A stretch of DNA of 64,000 bases. It comes from a virus. The stretch lies in IMG/VR virus record IMGVR_UViG_3300037451_000035, positions 1 to 64,000 of that record; one strand, given 5' to 3'. The position numbers were made by a program, and so were the translations under genes. Each line of letters opens with the position of its first letter. The stretch's first letter is position 1. Positions 47,229 through 56,951 of the stretch are shown in pieces. Below the pieces are notes generated by a model. That model had not been told where the DNA came from. It made no database searches and saw nothing but the letters and a program-made list of their open reading frames with translations.

Positions 47229-48857
47229 TCAGGTCGACAGCGGGAAGCTGGACACCGTCACATTGAAGACGATTGCCGTGAACCCGCGCAGCGGCACGTA
47301 GAAGATCGAAAAGCCTTTGTAGATGCCCGCCTTATAGTCGTTCGGATTTTCCGTGACGTAGGCGGCGAACGGATCGGCGTTGATGATCGTGAAGCCAGCA
47401 TAGGTCTGCGCCGCGAGCGCCGCCTGGAATTGGGCGGCGTTGAGCGCGAGCGCCTTGATCGGATTGAGCACCAGGCCTGCGGCAATGCCCGCGCCCATGG
47501 TCGAGATCGCGACCTGCAGAAGCGCGTTGATGCCGGCTTGATTGTAATAGAGCGGATTCGACGGGTTGTTCGATCCCGAGATCAGCGCCGCGGTGATCGC
47601 CAGCGCGACATTGATCTGGACCCAATCGACCGAATACCAATAATTGAACGGGTTGCCGTCCAGATTATTGCCGCCGAGTAGGATGGCGGCCGAGATACCG
47701 CCCGCGGCGCCGGTGCCGACCACGCTGACATTCGCGGCGTTGAGTGTCGAGAGCAGCGCCGCATTGCCGGCCGGCGGATAGGGCGTCACGCCCACCAGGA
47801 ACGCCAGATTGAGCGGCGTCACCCGATTCGTCGACGAGGGCGAATAATTGAGCGTGACCCAGAAGACGGCCGCCATCGAGAACTCGGTGGCTTGCACCCC
47901 GGGCGCCTCGATCAGCAGCAAGGCGCACTTCATCGTCGCGGCATAGCTGGCGTAATTCGCAAGCGTTGTCGTGATGAAGAAATAGGTTTGCGCTGTCGTT
48001 CCATTGAAGCCGGCGAGGAAGGTCAGGAACGACGCCACCGCGTCCCAGGACCTCGGCACCAAATACGAATAGAAGATGCCCGGATTGGCGGTGATATAGG
48101 CCGACAGCGCGGTCACGCCTTGCGCCGGCGTGCCGGTGCCCAGCTCGAGCACATAGACGCCCTGGCCCGTCCCTTGGGCGAAGAACGTCGTCGCCATTTG
48201 GAGAAGCTCGGCCGTGGTCGCCGGCGTGAATGTCGGCGTGCCGGTGGCCGGCGAAACGGTCCCCGAGGGCACCGCAAAGGTGAAAGTTTGTGCGCCGGTG
48301 ACGGTGGCAAGGAACGTGCCGTTGTAGCCGGCCTGAGCGGCGCCCGCGATCGTGGTGAGGAAGGTCGCGTTCGTAGCGAGCCCGATGGTCGCCTCGCAAG
48401 TCCCGCCGGTGATCGTCATGGTCAAGCCGGCGGCGACGAAGAACGTAATCGTCGCGCCGCTGGTGCCCGCCGCGCACGGCCATGTGCCGTTGATCGCCGC
48501 GAAAGAACCGGTACCGGTAGCGCTCGCCACAAGAACCGGATCGCCCGGATTGAGGCCGATGCCGGCCGAGAGCGTCAGCGTCACAAGTCCAGTGGTCGTG
48601 TTGTAAGTGCCGCTGGAGATATCCGAGGCCGTGCCTTCGAGCGTCGCCGTGGCGAGCCCGGCCGATTGCGTGAGGCTGGCAAGCGGGATTGCGAGCGCCA
48701 GCAATGGCGTCAGATCGGAAAGCTGGGTCAGCAACGCCTTCGAATTGGCGGCGAGGCTGGTACCGCCTTGGCTGATGAGCGCGCCGGTTTTCTGGAGCGT
48801 CGATGGCGTCGGCGCCACCAGAACGTTCACGTTAACTTTGCAAATCGGATTTGCCAT
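47229..48857 (-). CDS. Tail sheath protein
   Basis: APTPSTLQKTGALISQGGT, FFAQG...VYVLELG, YWYSVDWVQIN, NPLYYNQAGIN. Confidence 0.85.
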   Translation of the reverse strand: MANPICKVNVNVLVAPTPSTLQKTGALISQGGTSLAANSKALLTQLSDLTPLLALAIPLASLTQSAGLATATLEGTASDISSGTYNTTTGLVTLTLSAGIGLNPGDPVLVASATGTGSFAAINGTWPCAAGTSGATITFFVAAGLTMTITGGTCEATIGLATNATFLTTIAGAAQAGYNGTFLATVTGAQTFTFAVPSGTVSPATGTPTFTPATTAELLQMATTFFAQGTGQGVYVLELGTGTPAQGVTALSAYITANPGIFYSYLVPRSWDAVASFLTFLAGFNGTTAQTYFFITTTLANYASYAATMKCALLLIEAPGVQATEFSMAAVFWVTLNYSPSSTNRVTPLNLAFLVGVTPYPPAGNAALLSTLNAANVSVVGTGAAGGISAAILLGGNNLDGNPFNYWYSVDWVQINVALAITAALISGSNNPSNPLYYNQAGINALLQVAISTMGAGIAAGLVLNPIKALALNAAQFQAALAAQTYAGFTIINADPFAAYVTENPNDYKAGIYKGFSIFYVPLRGFTAIVFNVTVSSFPLST

Positions 48858-48898
48858 CGCGGCCTTCCTTCCCAGCCTAGAGGACTAAGGGTCGCGAA

Positions 48899-49195
48899 TC
48901 AGCGGTAGGAGACCGAGACCACCTGTCCGGCGCCGGGCACGACCGTAATGCCGGTAAGGCACGGAAAGCGCAGAACCACTGGCCCGACCGTCGCCGGGAT
49001 CACGGCGACCTGATTGCTCGTGTTCGCGGCCGCAGTCGTGGCCGCATCGTTGATTGATCCGGCGGCACCGGCGACTTGCACGTCGACCGTGCCGATCATG
49101 CCCGGCTGGGCTTTCACCACCGTCGGGACTGAAATCCAAAGCTTGTTGAGCGTCCCGTCGTTGACGTTGATGGTCGCAATGGGATTCTGGGGCAT
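48899..49195 (-). CDS. Small virion accessory protein
   Basis: Paralog of 56100-56396 (TVVKA.PG, PCL.G.TV.PG.GQ...VSY). Confidence 0.7.
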   Translation of the reverse strand: MPQNPIATINVNDGTLNKLWISVPTVVKAQPGMIGTVDVQVAGAAGSINDAATTAAANTSNQVAVIPATVGPVVLRFPCLTGITVVPGAGQVVSVSYR

Positions 49196-49238
49196 CGTGC
49201 CTTCCTCTGATTTATCGGGCTACAAAGTCGCAAAACAC

Positions 49239-50198
49239 TCAGAGCAACGCTTCGAGAGACTCCTTGTAGGGGCAAAGCCGGAGGACTTCGTCAGCGACCT
49301 CCGAATCCGAAACCCCGACACCGTCGCCGGCTAGCATAATACGATGCCGCCAATTCCACCAGTGCATAGGTGTGGCCCCGCGCAAGGCAAAGGCGACAAT
49401 CTGGGAGACGGTCAAAACCCGGTCCGATTCGTAGTGCCCCTTGCCTTTCTCGCTGATCTCGGCAATCGCCAGTTCGTCGACGTCGGTCACGACGTGGATT
49501 TCTTCGAATTTGTAGGCTTCGACGAGGTTTAGGTCGACCGAGCCATTGAACGGCAGCGCCCGGTCCTTGACCACGGCCAGCGGGTGAATATGGAAGCCGC
49601 GAAGCACCACGCTCGGGCCGTTGCTGAAATAGACGATTGAGGGGTGCGTGGTCGTCCCCGAGCCCCAGACGAAGTTGCGGGTGATCTTGTGCGGGTGATC
49701 GAAGGCCCAGCGGGCGAGCGCGCGCGCCGGGAGCGGCGGCGGCGCCCAGGTCAGCGGGCCAAGCTGCGTCCTTGTCCCGCCGCACACGACTGCCTTCTTG
49801 CCTTTCCGAAAGCGCTTTTCGACGGCAAGGAACGCCTCCCGCGAGACCATGATGTCGGCATTGAGCATGACGACCCGGTCGCCGGTTCGAGCCACGTCGA
49901 TGCCGCGGGCATGGCCCTCGCAGAGCGTACTGAAGATGCGGCTCCGCGGCGGCGCCACCATCGGAACAAGCGTCAGGTCGAAGCCTTCGAGCGCTCGCGC
50001 GACCGCCGAGGTCTGGTCCGTCATCACCACATAGCGGACCTCGATGGTGTTGCGGAGTTCCCGCTTCATTTCCTCGATCGCCGCCAAATGCGAGCGCAGC
50101 ACCGGGCCGAGGAAGGTTTTGACGTAGCTGCCCCAGACCGGGACTGTTATCACCATGCGGCGGCGTTCGTGGTCGGCTCCTTTGACGCCATAGGTCAT
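49239..50198 (-). CDS. Glycosyltransferase-like protein
   Basis: ITVPVWG.YV..FL, VMTD, MLNADIMVS (DxD-like position). Confidence 0.5.
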   Translation of the reverse strand: MTYGVKGADHERRRMVITVPVWGSYVKTFLGPVLRSHLAAIEEMKRELRNTIEVRYVVMTDQTSAVARALEGFDLTLVPMVAPPRSRIFSTLCEGHARGIDVARTGDRVVMLNADIMVSREAFLAVEKRFRKGKKAVVCGGTRTQLGPLTWAPPPLPARALARWAFDHPHKITRNFVWGSGTTTHPSIVYFSNGPSVVLRGFHIHPLAVVKDRALPFNGSVDLNLVEAYKFEEIHVVTDVDELAIAEISEKGKGHYESDRVLTVSQIVAFALRGATPMHWWNWRHRIMLAGDGVGVSDSEVADEVLRLCPYKESLEALL

Positions 50199-50455
50199 CG
50201 TGGCGGTCTTTCTAATGCTTCATCTACGCGCTTGCTCCATTCCTCTTTCGGAAACGACCGCGCATAGAGGAAGGCGACCAATTCCCCCACACCAAAGCCG
50301 CCACGGCAGTCTCGTCCCGCAAGATCAACCATCGCCGGTTGAGGGCCGAACACATGGCAATAGACCTCGTAGGCTCGTAGGGTGACGGTCGAAGGCATGA
50401 AGCCCGCTCCGCGCTGCTTCACGTCGTGAGTCTGGATTGGATGAAATTCGGTCAT
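50195..50455 (-). CDS. Hypothetical protein
   Basis: AYEVY...Q......RGGFGVGEL pattern. Confidence 0.6.
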   Translation of the reverse strand: MTEFHPIQTHDVKQRGAGFMPSTVTLRAYEVYCHVFGPQPAMVDLAGRDCRGGFGVGELVAFLYARSFPKEEWSKRVDEALERPPR

Positions 50456-52218
50456 GTGGCGTTCTCCAGGCGATTTACCGTGGCGTCGTAGCCGGCGGGC
50501 GCCGGCTTCGGCCGGTCGCTGAGATCGAACAGCGCGACGACCGGATGCTTGGTGGCGACCCCGTACGACACGGCGATCAGCTTGTCGTCGATGAAAGCCT
50601 CGACCCGCTCGTCGTCGACCTCAATCCGCAAGCCGAGCGTTTCGCCGGGGACGATATCGCGGTGGTAATCACCGAAGGTTAAAACGCCGTAGCGTAGAAC
50701 AAAGCCGAGCCCGCCGTCAGGCAGGCGCGACGGCCGGACCTTGCCCGAGGCGAAGCCGGCGAACATCAGCAACCCCTCGGTGCGGACGAATTTCAGCTTG
50801 ACCATGTAGACCTCGACGCCGGCTACGGTCTCCCAATAGAAGCCGCCGAAGTCAGGAACCTCGATCCCAGCCATCGCCATTGCGTCGCGGACTGCCTGTG
50901 CGTCGCCATGCCGCGTCCCGGCGCCCGGATCGCGCGGGTCATCTTTCGGCGCGCCGACGAAGAAGTCGTAGACTTTCCAGAATGAGCCAACCAAATCCTC
51001 GGGCGGCACGAACCGCCAGTCGGCCGGCTTCGGCCCCCTCGCCTGATAGAAGACGTTGGCGTCCGGATCGTAAAATATCGCCCCGAGCCATGGCGGCTCC
51101 AGCACCCCGGTCGGATCATGAAGCACCACCTTGTCGCCGTAGCCGTCGTCGAGCATTTGGAAGGCCGCCGCCAGCGCGGCCTCGATCTCCGCCTCGGTCA
51201 TCAGCGGATTGACCCACGGCCGGTAATCTTCGGGAAATTCGATCCACGTCGGCGTCGCGAGGAAATCGAGCCAGCGCCGGTCCTTGCCGGTCAGTCGATA
51301 AAACCCAACGCAATAGTCCCAGGGCGTCCAGCGCATATTCGGCGCATTGGCCGGCTTCTCCGGCCCCGACAATTCGATATAGACGATGCCGTCGTCCGGC
51401 TTCGGCACGTAATGCTGGGCGCCGATCAGGTCGGGAAGCTGACCGTCGATGGCGACGAGCGGTTTCAATTCCGCGCGGCATAAGAGCGTGTGCGCCAAAT
51501 AGAGCGGCGCCATGTGCGGGCTCACGACGCAGGCCTTGTGCTCGGATACGCACAGATAGAGCGTCGAATAAGGGAAGTCGTCGCGGCCGTTCTTTATCAG
51601 CGCGCGGAATTGCGGGTGCAGCGCGTCCATGCCCCAGGCGTTGAGCATTTTCGGCTCGACCGCGCATTCGACCGAACTCAGCTTGTGCCCGATCGCATTG
51701 ACGTCGGCGCTGATCGCTCCGCCGACGATGACCTGATGGCCCTCGTCGGCGAGGCGCATCAGATTGCGGAAGAAGCCCGTCGCATAGACGTGGTCCGGCA
51801 CTAGCATGTGGAAGGCCGCCCCGGCGGAGCGCGCGGCGTGCATTTGAATCGTGGTCGCCGCGCTCACCAGCGCGAAGCGATCGGCTCCGGTGGCCTTGCC
51901 CATGACCTCGTCCGGGATGACATGGACGTCGAATTGCGCGCGCTGATCGAAGCGGCCCAGCACCGTGCGGATCATTTCGGCGTGGGCACCGTCGGTGTGG
52001 ATAACAAGGATCGGCTCCGCGATCGCGCCCACATTGCCCGGCGCAAGAAGCGAGGGCACGCAAAACCGCAGGAAGCGCTCGACATGAAGATTGCCGAACA
52101 CCACGCATCCCAGAACGATTCGGCCGTCCACGGCCGGCGGCACCGATGTCGCATAATCTTTAAGCCTATCCTCGCGCCACGCGAGGACGGCCTTCTCGAA
52201 GGCTGAATTTTCGGTCAT
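50452..52218 (-). CDS. Glycosyltransferase-like protein with a C-terminal extension
   Basis: CVVFG..HVERFLRFCVPSLLAPGN, IHTD, LVPDHVY; related to 49239-50198. Confidence 0.5.
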   Translation of the reverse strand: MTENSAFEKAVLAWREDRLKDYATSVPPAVDGRIVLGCVVFGNLHVERFLRFCVPSLLAPGNVGAIAEPILVIHTDGAHAEMIRTVLGRFDQRAQFDVHVIPDEVMGKATGADRFALVSAATTIQMHAARSAGAAFHMLVPDHVYATGFFRNLMRLADEGHQVIVGGAISADVNAIGHKLSSVECAVEPKMLNAWGMDALHPQFRALIKNGRDDFPYSTLYLCVSEHKACVVSPHMAPLYLAHTLLCRAELKPLVAIDGQLPDLIGAQHYVPKPDDGIVYIELSGPEKPANAPNMRWTPWDYCVGFYRLTGKDRRWLDFLATPTWIEFPEDYRPWVNPLMTEAEIEAALAAAFQMLDDGYGDKVVLHDPTGVLEPPWLGAIFYDPDANVFYQARGPKPADWRFVPPEDLVGSFWKVYDFFVGAPKDDPRDPGAGTRHGDAQAVRDAMAMAGIEVPDFGGFYWETVAGVEVYMVKLKFVRTEGLLMFAGFASGKVRPSRLPDGGLGFVLRYGVLTFGDYHRDIVPGETLGLRIEVDDERVEAFIDDKLIAVSYGVATKHPVVALFDLSDRPKPAPAGYDATVNRLENAT

Positions 52219-52245
52219 TTGGCAGAACCCTGTTTCGATTGAAAA

Positions 52246-52446
52246 TTATTTAGATTCTCTTGCCGGTAGCCGATTCTGCCGACGCAACATTCTGATTTCT
52301 TTTCCTTCGCGCATTTCTCTTATAGAAGCGACCGGCAGATGATGCTTGCGCGCGAGATATCGCGAAGACAGCCGCGTAAAAGCTAAATCGTAAAGCAACT
52401 GACCTATTGCTGTTTTTCCGTAGACGATTTCGTTGTAAGGTTTCAT
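52246..52446 (-). CDS. Small HTH-like protein
   Basis: Coupled ORF, AT-rich. Confidence 0.45.
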   Translation of the reverse strand: MKPYNEIVYGKTAIGQLLYDLAFTRLSSRYLARKHHLPVASIREMREGKEIRMLRRQNRLPARESK

Positions 52447-53009
52447 GGCCGCAGCACGACCCCGTAGCCCATTTTCGACCCGGGCGTAATGAACTCGCGA
52501 GTCTCAAGTCCCGGCGCCAGCGTTGCCTTCAACTCGCGCCAGAAGCGGCCAACCTCGTTCGGCAGGCCGCTCGATTTCCAGCCGTCCGGCGCGTCGACGT
52601 CGTGCACCGCAATTGCCTTGCCGAACGTCCAATAATCGTTCCAATCGGAGGCCACGCCGTTGAGCGTGTGGTCGCCGTCGATCAGCACCAGGTCAAACGG
52701 CGCAAATGCTCGGGCCGCGGCCTTGGCCGCCTCGTAGCGCGACGAGCCGTAGAACAGCGCCGTCTCCATATTCAGGTCGCGCAATTCCATGACTGTTTCC
52801 GTCATGCGCCGCATCGTGAAGATGCTCTCGGGAAGGTCGATCGACATGCCAAACGACCCGGGCATCAGATTCGCCATGACCGCAAAGAACGAATCGCCGT
52901 TGCGGCTCCCGATCTCCAGATAGCGCCGCACGTCGAGATCGACGGCAAACTTCACGAAGGCTTTGAGCTCGTCGATATCCTGGTGCTGATTTGAGTCGCG
53001 AAGTCTCAT
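52443..53009 (-). CDS. Class I SAM-dependent methyltransferase (Methyltransf_24-like)
   Basis: YLEIGS..G.S, SIDLP, FDLVLIDGDH, AVHD. Confidence 0.85.
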   Translation of the reverse strand: MRLRDSNQHQDIDELKAFVKFAVDLDVRRYLEIGSRNGDSFFAVMANLMPGSFGMSIDLPESIFTMRRMTETVMELRDLNMETALFYGSSRYEAAKAAARAFAPFDLVLIDGDHTLNGVASDWNDYWTFGKAIAVHDVDAPDGWKSSGLPNEVGRFWRELKATLAPGLETREFITPGSKMGYGVVLRP

Positions 53010-53044
53010 AGGCGGGCCCTGTTTCCCGATTCGCTTTTATTCAA

Positions 53045-53698
53045 TTACAGCAGATTTTGCTGGTGTACTAGAGGCGCTGCCGTCGACGCTTTTCTCTTGA
53101 TCCAGCTTTCTCGAATCAAAGCACAGTGGGCTTCGTATTGATCGGGATGCCGTTTGCGCTCTTCCCAAATCGCCTTGTTGGCCTCGCTTATTGCTTTTCG
53201 ATGGGTCTCAGATTTTGAACTTTTCGCATGGCGCAGCAGGATTTTAACGGTCTTAGGGTGTGCCGGTTTTCCTCTTTTCGCGCGGCTGATCGCCAGCCGT
53301 CGTTCGGGTGACTGCGGTCCCGTTTTCCGCCCTTTCCTTTTCTCTCCGCCTTTTCCAATGCGCCGCCGAGCATCAGCCGACACAGGTCGCCCAACTGTGC
53401 CTTCCCCGCCGTCCGTCATATTCACCAGCGGGCCCCTATACCCTCGACCGATAGCCGCGATTAGCGCCACTTCCACGGCACAAGCTTCAGCGTTCGTCAG
53501 ATTTTCCTGCAATTTTATTTTGGGCAATCTTTTCGGCGCTGCATCTGTAATTATTTTTGCAAGACGCTTGTTCCGATGCTTGGCCCCGTACGCCTCGGCT
53601 TCATGGATGAGCCAGCGTCGGCCGGCGCCCTTGCCGATATAGCAAGGCGAGCCGTCGAGCCGGAAAAGAACATAGACGTAAAATCGCCGTTCGTTCAT
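53045..53698 (-). CDS. GIY-YIG homing endonuclease
   Basis: FYVYVLFRLDGSPCYIGKG, LIAAIGR..GPLVNMTDGGEG. Confidence 0.85.
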   Translation of the reverse strand: MNERRFYVYVLFRLDGSPCYIGKGAGRRWLIHEAEAYGAKHRNKRLAKIITDAAPKRLPKIKLQENLTNAEACAVEVALIAAIGRGYRGPLVNMTDGGEGTVGRPVSADARRRIGKGGEKRKGRKTGPQSPERRLAISRAKRGKPAHPKTVKILLRHAKSSKSETHRKAISEANKAIWEERKRHPDQYEAHCALIRESWIKRKASTAAPLVHQQNLL

Positions 53699-54714
53699 CC
53701 GATGATGAAGGTTGGAATTGCGGCAGTAATCAACTGCCTAGCGATATTTCTCATTGTGGATTGATTGTAGGACACGTCAAAATCTACGGTTTTCTTTTGG
53801 CTCAGCGTCAGAAGCTCGGGCTGGACGCGCTTGTCGTCGCGCGGCACCGGCATGTTCATCACCCCGAGCACGCCCACGTCCGCGCTGTATTGGTAGAAAC
53901 AGTCCATGAAATCCATCGCCCGGTCGTTGCTCAATCCCCAGAGCGTGACGCGGACCTTATCCGCGCAAAGCTGGGAATGGCTCCCGTCGGTCGCGATTAC
54001 CGGCGCGCCGCCGAGCGCGCGCGTGCCCTCGGGGACGATGTGCACCGCAGCAAAGGGCGGCTTCAGATTGTCCGGCACCAGATGCGACGGGAAGAGCGGA
54101 AAGCCCGGATTGCCGAAGCCATAGGGCGGGAAGTAGCTGTTGATCGCCAGCCATGCCGGCAAGCTGTTGGAGACGATTTGCGCTCGGCTGAAGCCGATCG
54201 GTGAGTCGATAATTTGCGTCGCCATGTCGGAATACACCGCAAACCCGACATAGTGGAAAAGATCGGCCTGCCGATAGAACGACGAGCGGCTGGAGAAGGC
54301 GAAGCGCAAGCCGTCGAACTCGCCAATCCAAAGCTGGTCGGGAGCAACCTCGCTGAGATCCTGCACTTCGGTGAGCGAGGTAAAGACGACTCGGTTTGCC
54401 GCATAGGTATTTGGCTCGTCCTGGCGCGTCTCGCTGGAATAATGCAGCGAGCCCTCGACGTCGAAGGTCGGCGCCTCGGTGAGCACCTTCGGCATCGCAT
54501 TGTAGCCGAAGCGATTGAGCAGCATCCGGTTATAGATCGCGCTCGGCGAGATGATGCTGGCCTTCACCCAAAATGCGAATCCGTCCAAAGGCAGGATCAG
54601 CCGATGGTATCTCGTGAAGGTGATCGTCTGGACGTTGGAAAGAACTTCGACGCCGGCGGCGAGCGCTGACGCAAGCGGGTCTTTCGCTGAGACGGCTTCT
54701 TCAGCGGTGGCCAT
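53695..54714 (-). CDS. Head-tail joining/tail completion protein
   Basis: ILPLDGFAFWV, GSLHY, IVSNSLPAWL, GVMNMPVPRDDKR.QPEL. Confidence 0.7.
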   Translation of the reverse strand: MATAEEAVSAKDPLASALAAGVEVLSNVQTITFTRYHRLILPLDGFAFWVKASIISPSAIYNRMLLNRFGYNAMPKVLTEAPTFDVEGSLHYSSETRQDEPNTYAANRVVFTSLTEVQDLSEVAPDQLWIGEFDGLRFAFSSRSSFYRQADLFHYVGFAVYSDMATQIIDSPIGFSRAQIVSNSLPAWLAINSYFPPYGFGNPGFPLFPSHLVPDNLKPPFAAVHIVPEGTRALGGAPVIATDGSHSQLCADKVRVTLWGLSNDRAMDFMDCFYQYSADVGVLGVMNMPVPRDDKRVQPELLTLSQKKTVDFDVSYNQSTMRNIARQLITAAIPTFIIG

Positions 54715-54922
54715 TCAAGTTCCGCCACGAATGGATATTTGCCATCGCGAATGTCCGAGTCGACATGGTCTCCAGATCGACGGCTTCCAAGAGCCATTGC
54801 GTTTCGGGATGCCATTCGTTGTTTTCAAAGGCCACACGGCCTGTCGGTCGAATACGCCGAACAGCGCGTTCGCCGCGCCAATTTGTGTAGTCAATTAAGA
54901 CTTCCTGACGAGGATCAGCCAT
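54701..54922 (-). CDS. Stand-alone WYL-domain protein
   Basis: IDYTNWRGE...RRIRP...WLLEAVDLE....RTFAMANI. Confidence 0.75.
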   Translation of the reverse strand: MADPRQEVLIDYTNWRGERAVRRIRPTGRVAFENNEWHPETQWLLEAVDLETMSTRTFAMANIHSWRNLNGHR

Positions 54923-55259
54923 TTTGCTTCACCGGCCCGACGTATTCCCAGCCGGCGCGCGATAGATGCTCGACGCTCCAGGCCAGCCGATTGCCCTTGT
55001 CTGGCTTGGTCGAGGCCCACGCCGATTCGGCCGCCACCCAGGTCATGACGATATCGGGATGGCCGTTGCCGGGTTTGAGCCAATGCCGCGAGCCGTTCGC
55101 CGAGCCCGCCTTCGGCGCGCAATTCTTCTTGCCCTGGTGGTGGGGCTCGAGATCGGGCGGCCCGCTGTGCGCGAGAAAGCCGACGCTCCGGATGAATTGA
55201 TGGTGCGTCATCTTGCCCATGGCGACGGCGCGGGAGACGAGCGGCGAGGCGGCTGGCAT
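54915..55259 (-). CDS. Hypothetical protein
   Basis: Operon position. Confidence 0.5.
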   Translation of the reverse strand: MPAASPLVSRAVAMGKMTHHQFIRSVGFLAHSGPPDLEPHHQGKKNCAPKAGSANGSRHWLKPGNGHPDIVMTWVAAESAWASTKPDKGNRLAWSVEHLSRAGWEYVGPVKQNG

Positions 55260-55562
55260 TTAGGAAGCCTCCATCGTGGCGATCTGGGAAGATCGCTCCA
55301 TGTCCGGTTCCGGCTTCGGCCAGTTCGGATACTTTTCGCGGTCGGCGACCGGGCGGCAACACATCACCGCGTTGCCTCTCTTGTCGCGATAAATATGGTA
55401 GTCCATCAAAAGATGGAATCCCATGTATTTGCCTTGCTGCTCGCCGTGAAGTTTCCCGACGAGAACGAGCGGGTTGAGTTCGCCGGGATCAATACCGTCC
55501 TCGATGGTGATTTGCCCGTAGCCTTCATATTCGGAAGTGCGGAGGAAAATCTTGTCGGTCAT
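55260..55562 (-). CDS. Hypothetical protein
   Basis: SD within CTGAAACAGGGAG. Confidence 0.55.
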   Translation of the reverse strand: MTDKIFLRTSEYEGYGQITIEDGIDPGELNPLVLVGKLHGEQQGKYMGFHLLMDYHIYRDKRGNAVMCCRPVADREKYPNWPKPEPDMERSSQIATMEAS

Positions 55563-55609
55563 GGTTGCGCTCCCTGTTTCAGTCGCGGAGCATATCCCTT
55601 GCGGGCGGC

Positions 55610-56092
55610 TCAATCCACCCAGGCGGTGATCGAGCCTTCGTACAAGCCGCTATCCACAAAGCTGACCGCCGCCTTGCTCGCGCCCGTCGCGGCCGCGGTC
55701 TTGAAGCGCGCGCCGCGGCGGCGCCCGGCCGCTCGATCTCGGGCCGCTTGCGTCGGCACGCCCGGATAGCCGAGCGTTTCCATCTCGCCGGTGGCGATGA
55801 ATTGCTTCAGCCCGTCGGCGATCTTGGACGTCGCGGTACCGAACGGATTATTCGTCGGCGGCGCGCCGAGCATGATGCTTTCGATGGCGCCTTGCAGCGA
55901 ATCGTCGATGGCTGGCGCGACGATATCGTCGACGTGAGTCATATAAAATATCTCGAAAATATGATATTTTGCTTCGAGCCACTCAGCCACATCGCCTGTT
56001 GTCACCTGTCCAGCGCGCGCGCGCTTGCGGCGGCGTTTTGCTGGCGGCTGGCTGTAACTGACGTCAAAAACGCCAAGGTGAAGCGTCGGCAT
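55610..56092 (-). CDS. Neck/tail completion protein
   Basis: LHLGVFDV.Y, TTGDVAE.LE.KY, GVPT.AA, SFVDSGLY. Confidence 0.75.
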   Translation of the reverse strand: MPTLHLGVFDVSYSQPPAKRRRKRARAGQVTTGDVAEWLEAKYHIFEIFYMTHVDDIVAPAIDDSLQGAIESIMLGAPPTNNPFGTATSKIADGLKQFIATGEMETLGYPGVPTQAARDRAAGRRRGARFKTAAATGASKAAVSFVDSGLYEGSITAWVD

Positions 56093-56099
56093 CGCCGGC

Positions 56100-56396
56100 T
56101 CACTGGTACGAGACGGTAATCTGCTGCCCCGGCCCCGGCTTGACCGTGACGCCGACCAAGCACGGAATGCTGATCTCTTGGACGCCCACGGTATTGAGGA
56201 TGGGCGCCACCGCATTTGACGTCGAGGCGTCGCCCGTAACGGCGCAATCGTAGACGGCGCCGGCGCCGCTGCCGGCGACCAGAACCGACACCTGAAGGAT
56301 TGCCCCAGGCGCGGCCTTGACCGTCGTGATAGCGGAAAGCGCCTTCGAGGTTTGAAGGTTACCGCCCGGAGCATTTGCCAAGGGTCCGCCAGCCAT
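56100..56396 (-). CDS. Small virion accessory protein
   Basis: Paralog of 48899-49195. Confidence 0.7.
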   Translation of the reverse strand: MAGGPLANAPGGNLQTSKALSAITTVKAAPGAILQVSVLVAGSGAGAVYDCAVTGDASTSNAVAPILNTVGVQEISIPCLVGVTVKPGPGQQITVSYQ

Positions 56397-56405
56397 TCGA
56401 TTCTC

Positions 56406-56939
56406 CTACGACAAGCCCCACGTTGTGGGCCCAAAACTCTGCGCCAGCGAAAGATATTGCCTGCCCCAGAGGGTCTTAAGCTGCTGGATGTTCATCAGTG
56501 TAAATTGCTTCGCCGCTTCCTGCACGACAAAACTTTCGCCCGTCGTCTCGTCGTTCGACGATTGAATGACCCCCGGCACAAAACCGTTGATATTCAACTC
56601 CTTGCGCTGCCATTGGAAGAACGGCAGGCCGGGATCACCGCTGCCTTTGACGGGCTCGGCATTGGGCTGGTCCTGCGCGAAATTGATAATTCGATCTGCC
56701 GCGAAATTATAGACGGCGAACGTGTAGATCGTCAGGCCACCGGAATTGAGCGACACGCCGGCGGCATCGGACGATGGAATCGGCATCGCCTGAAGGGCCG
56801 GGTTGACAATCGCCAGCGCCACGGCAAAGGCGAGCGGAATGCTGGGGTCGTTGTCCGGAAGGATTGTCGAACTGATTCCCATTCCCTCGCGGATAAAGAC
56901 CAAAAAGCCGGCGAGCGTCGGTGACGGGGGTGGCGCCAT
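56406..56939 (-). CDS. Head-tail adaptor (DUF4054-like)
   Basis: PTLAGFL.FIR, AVYN, LKT.WGRQYL. Confidence 0.75.
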   Translation of the reverse strand: MAPPPSPTLAGFLVFIREGMGISSTILPDNDPSIPLAFAVALAIVNPALQAMPIPSSDAAGVSLNSGGLTIYTFAVYNFAADRIINFAQDQPNAEPVKGSGDPGLPFFQWQRKELNINGFVPGVIQSSNDETTGESFVVQEAAKQFTLMNIQQLKTLWGRQYLSLAQSFGPTTWGLS

Positions 56940-56951
56940 CGGGCCTCGCGA

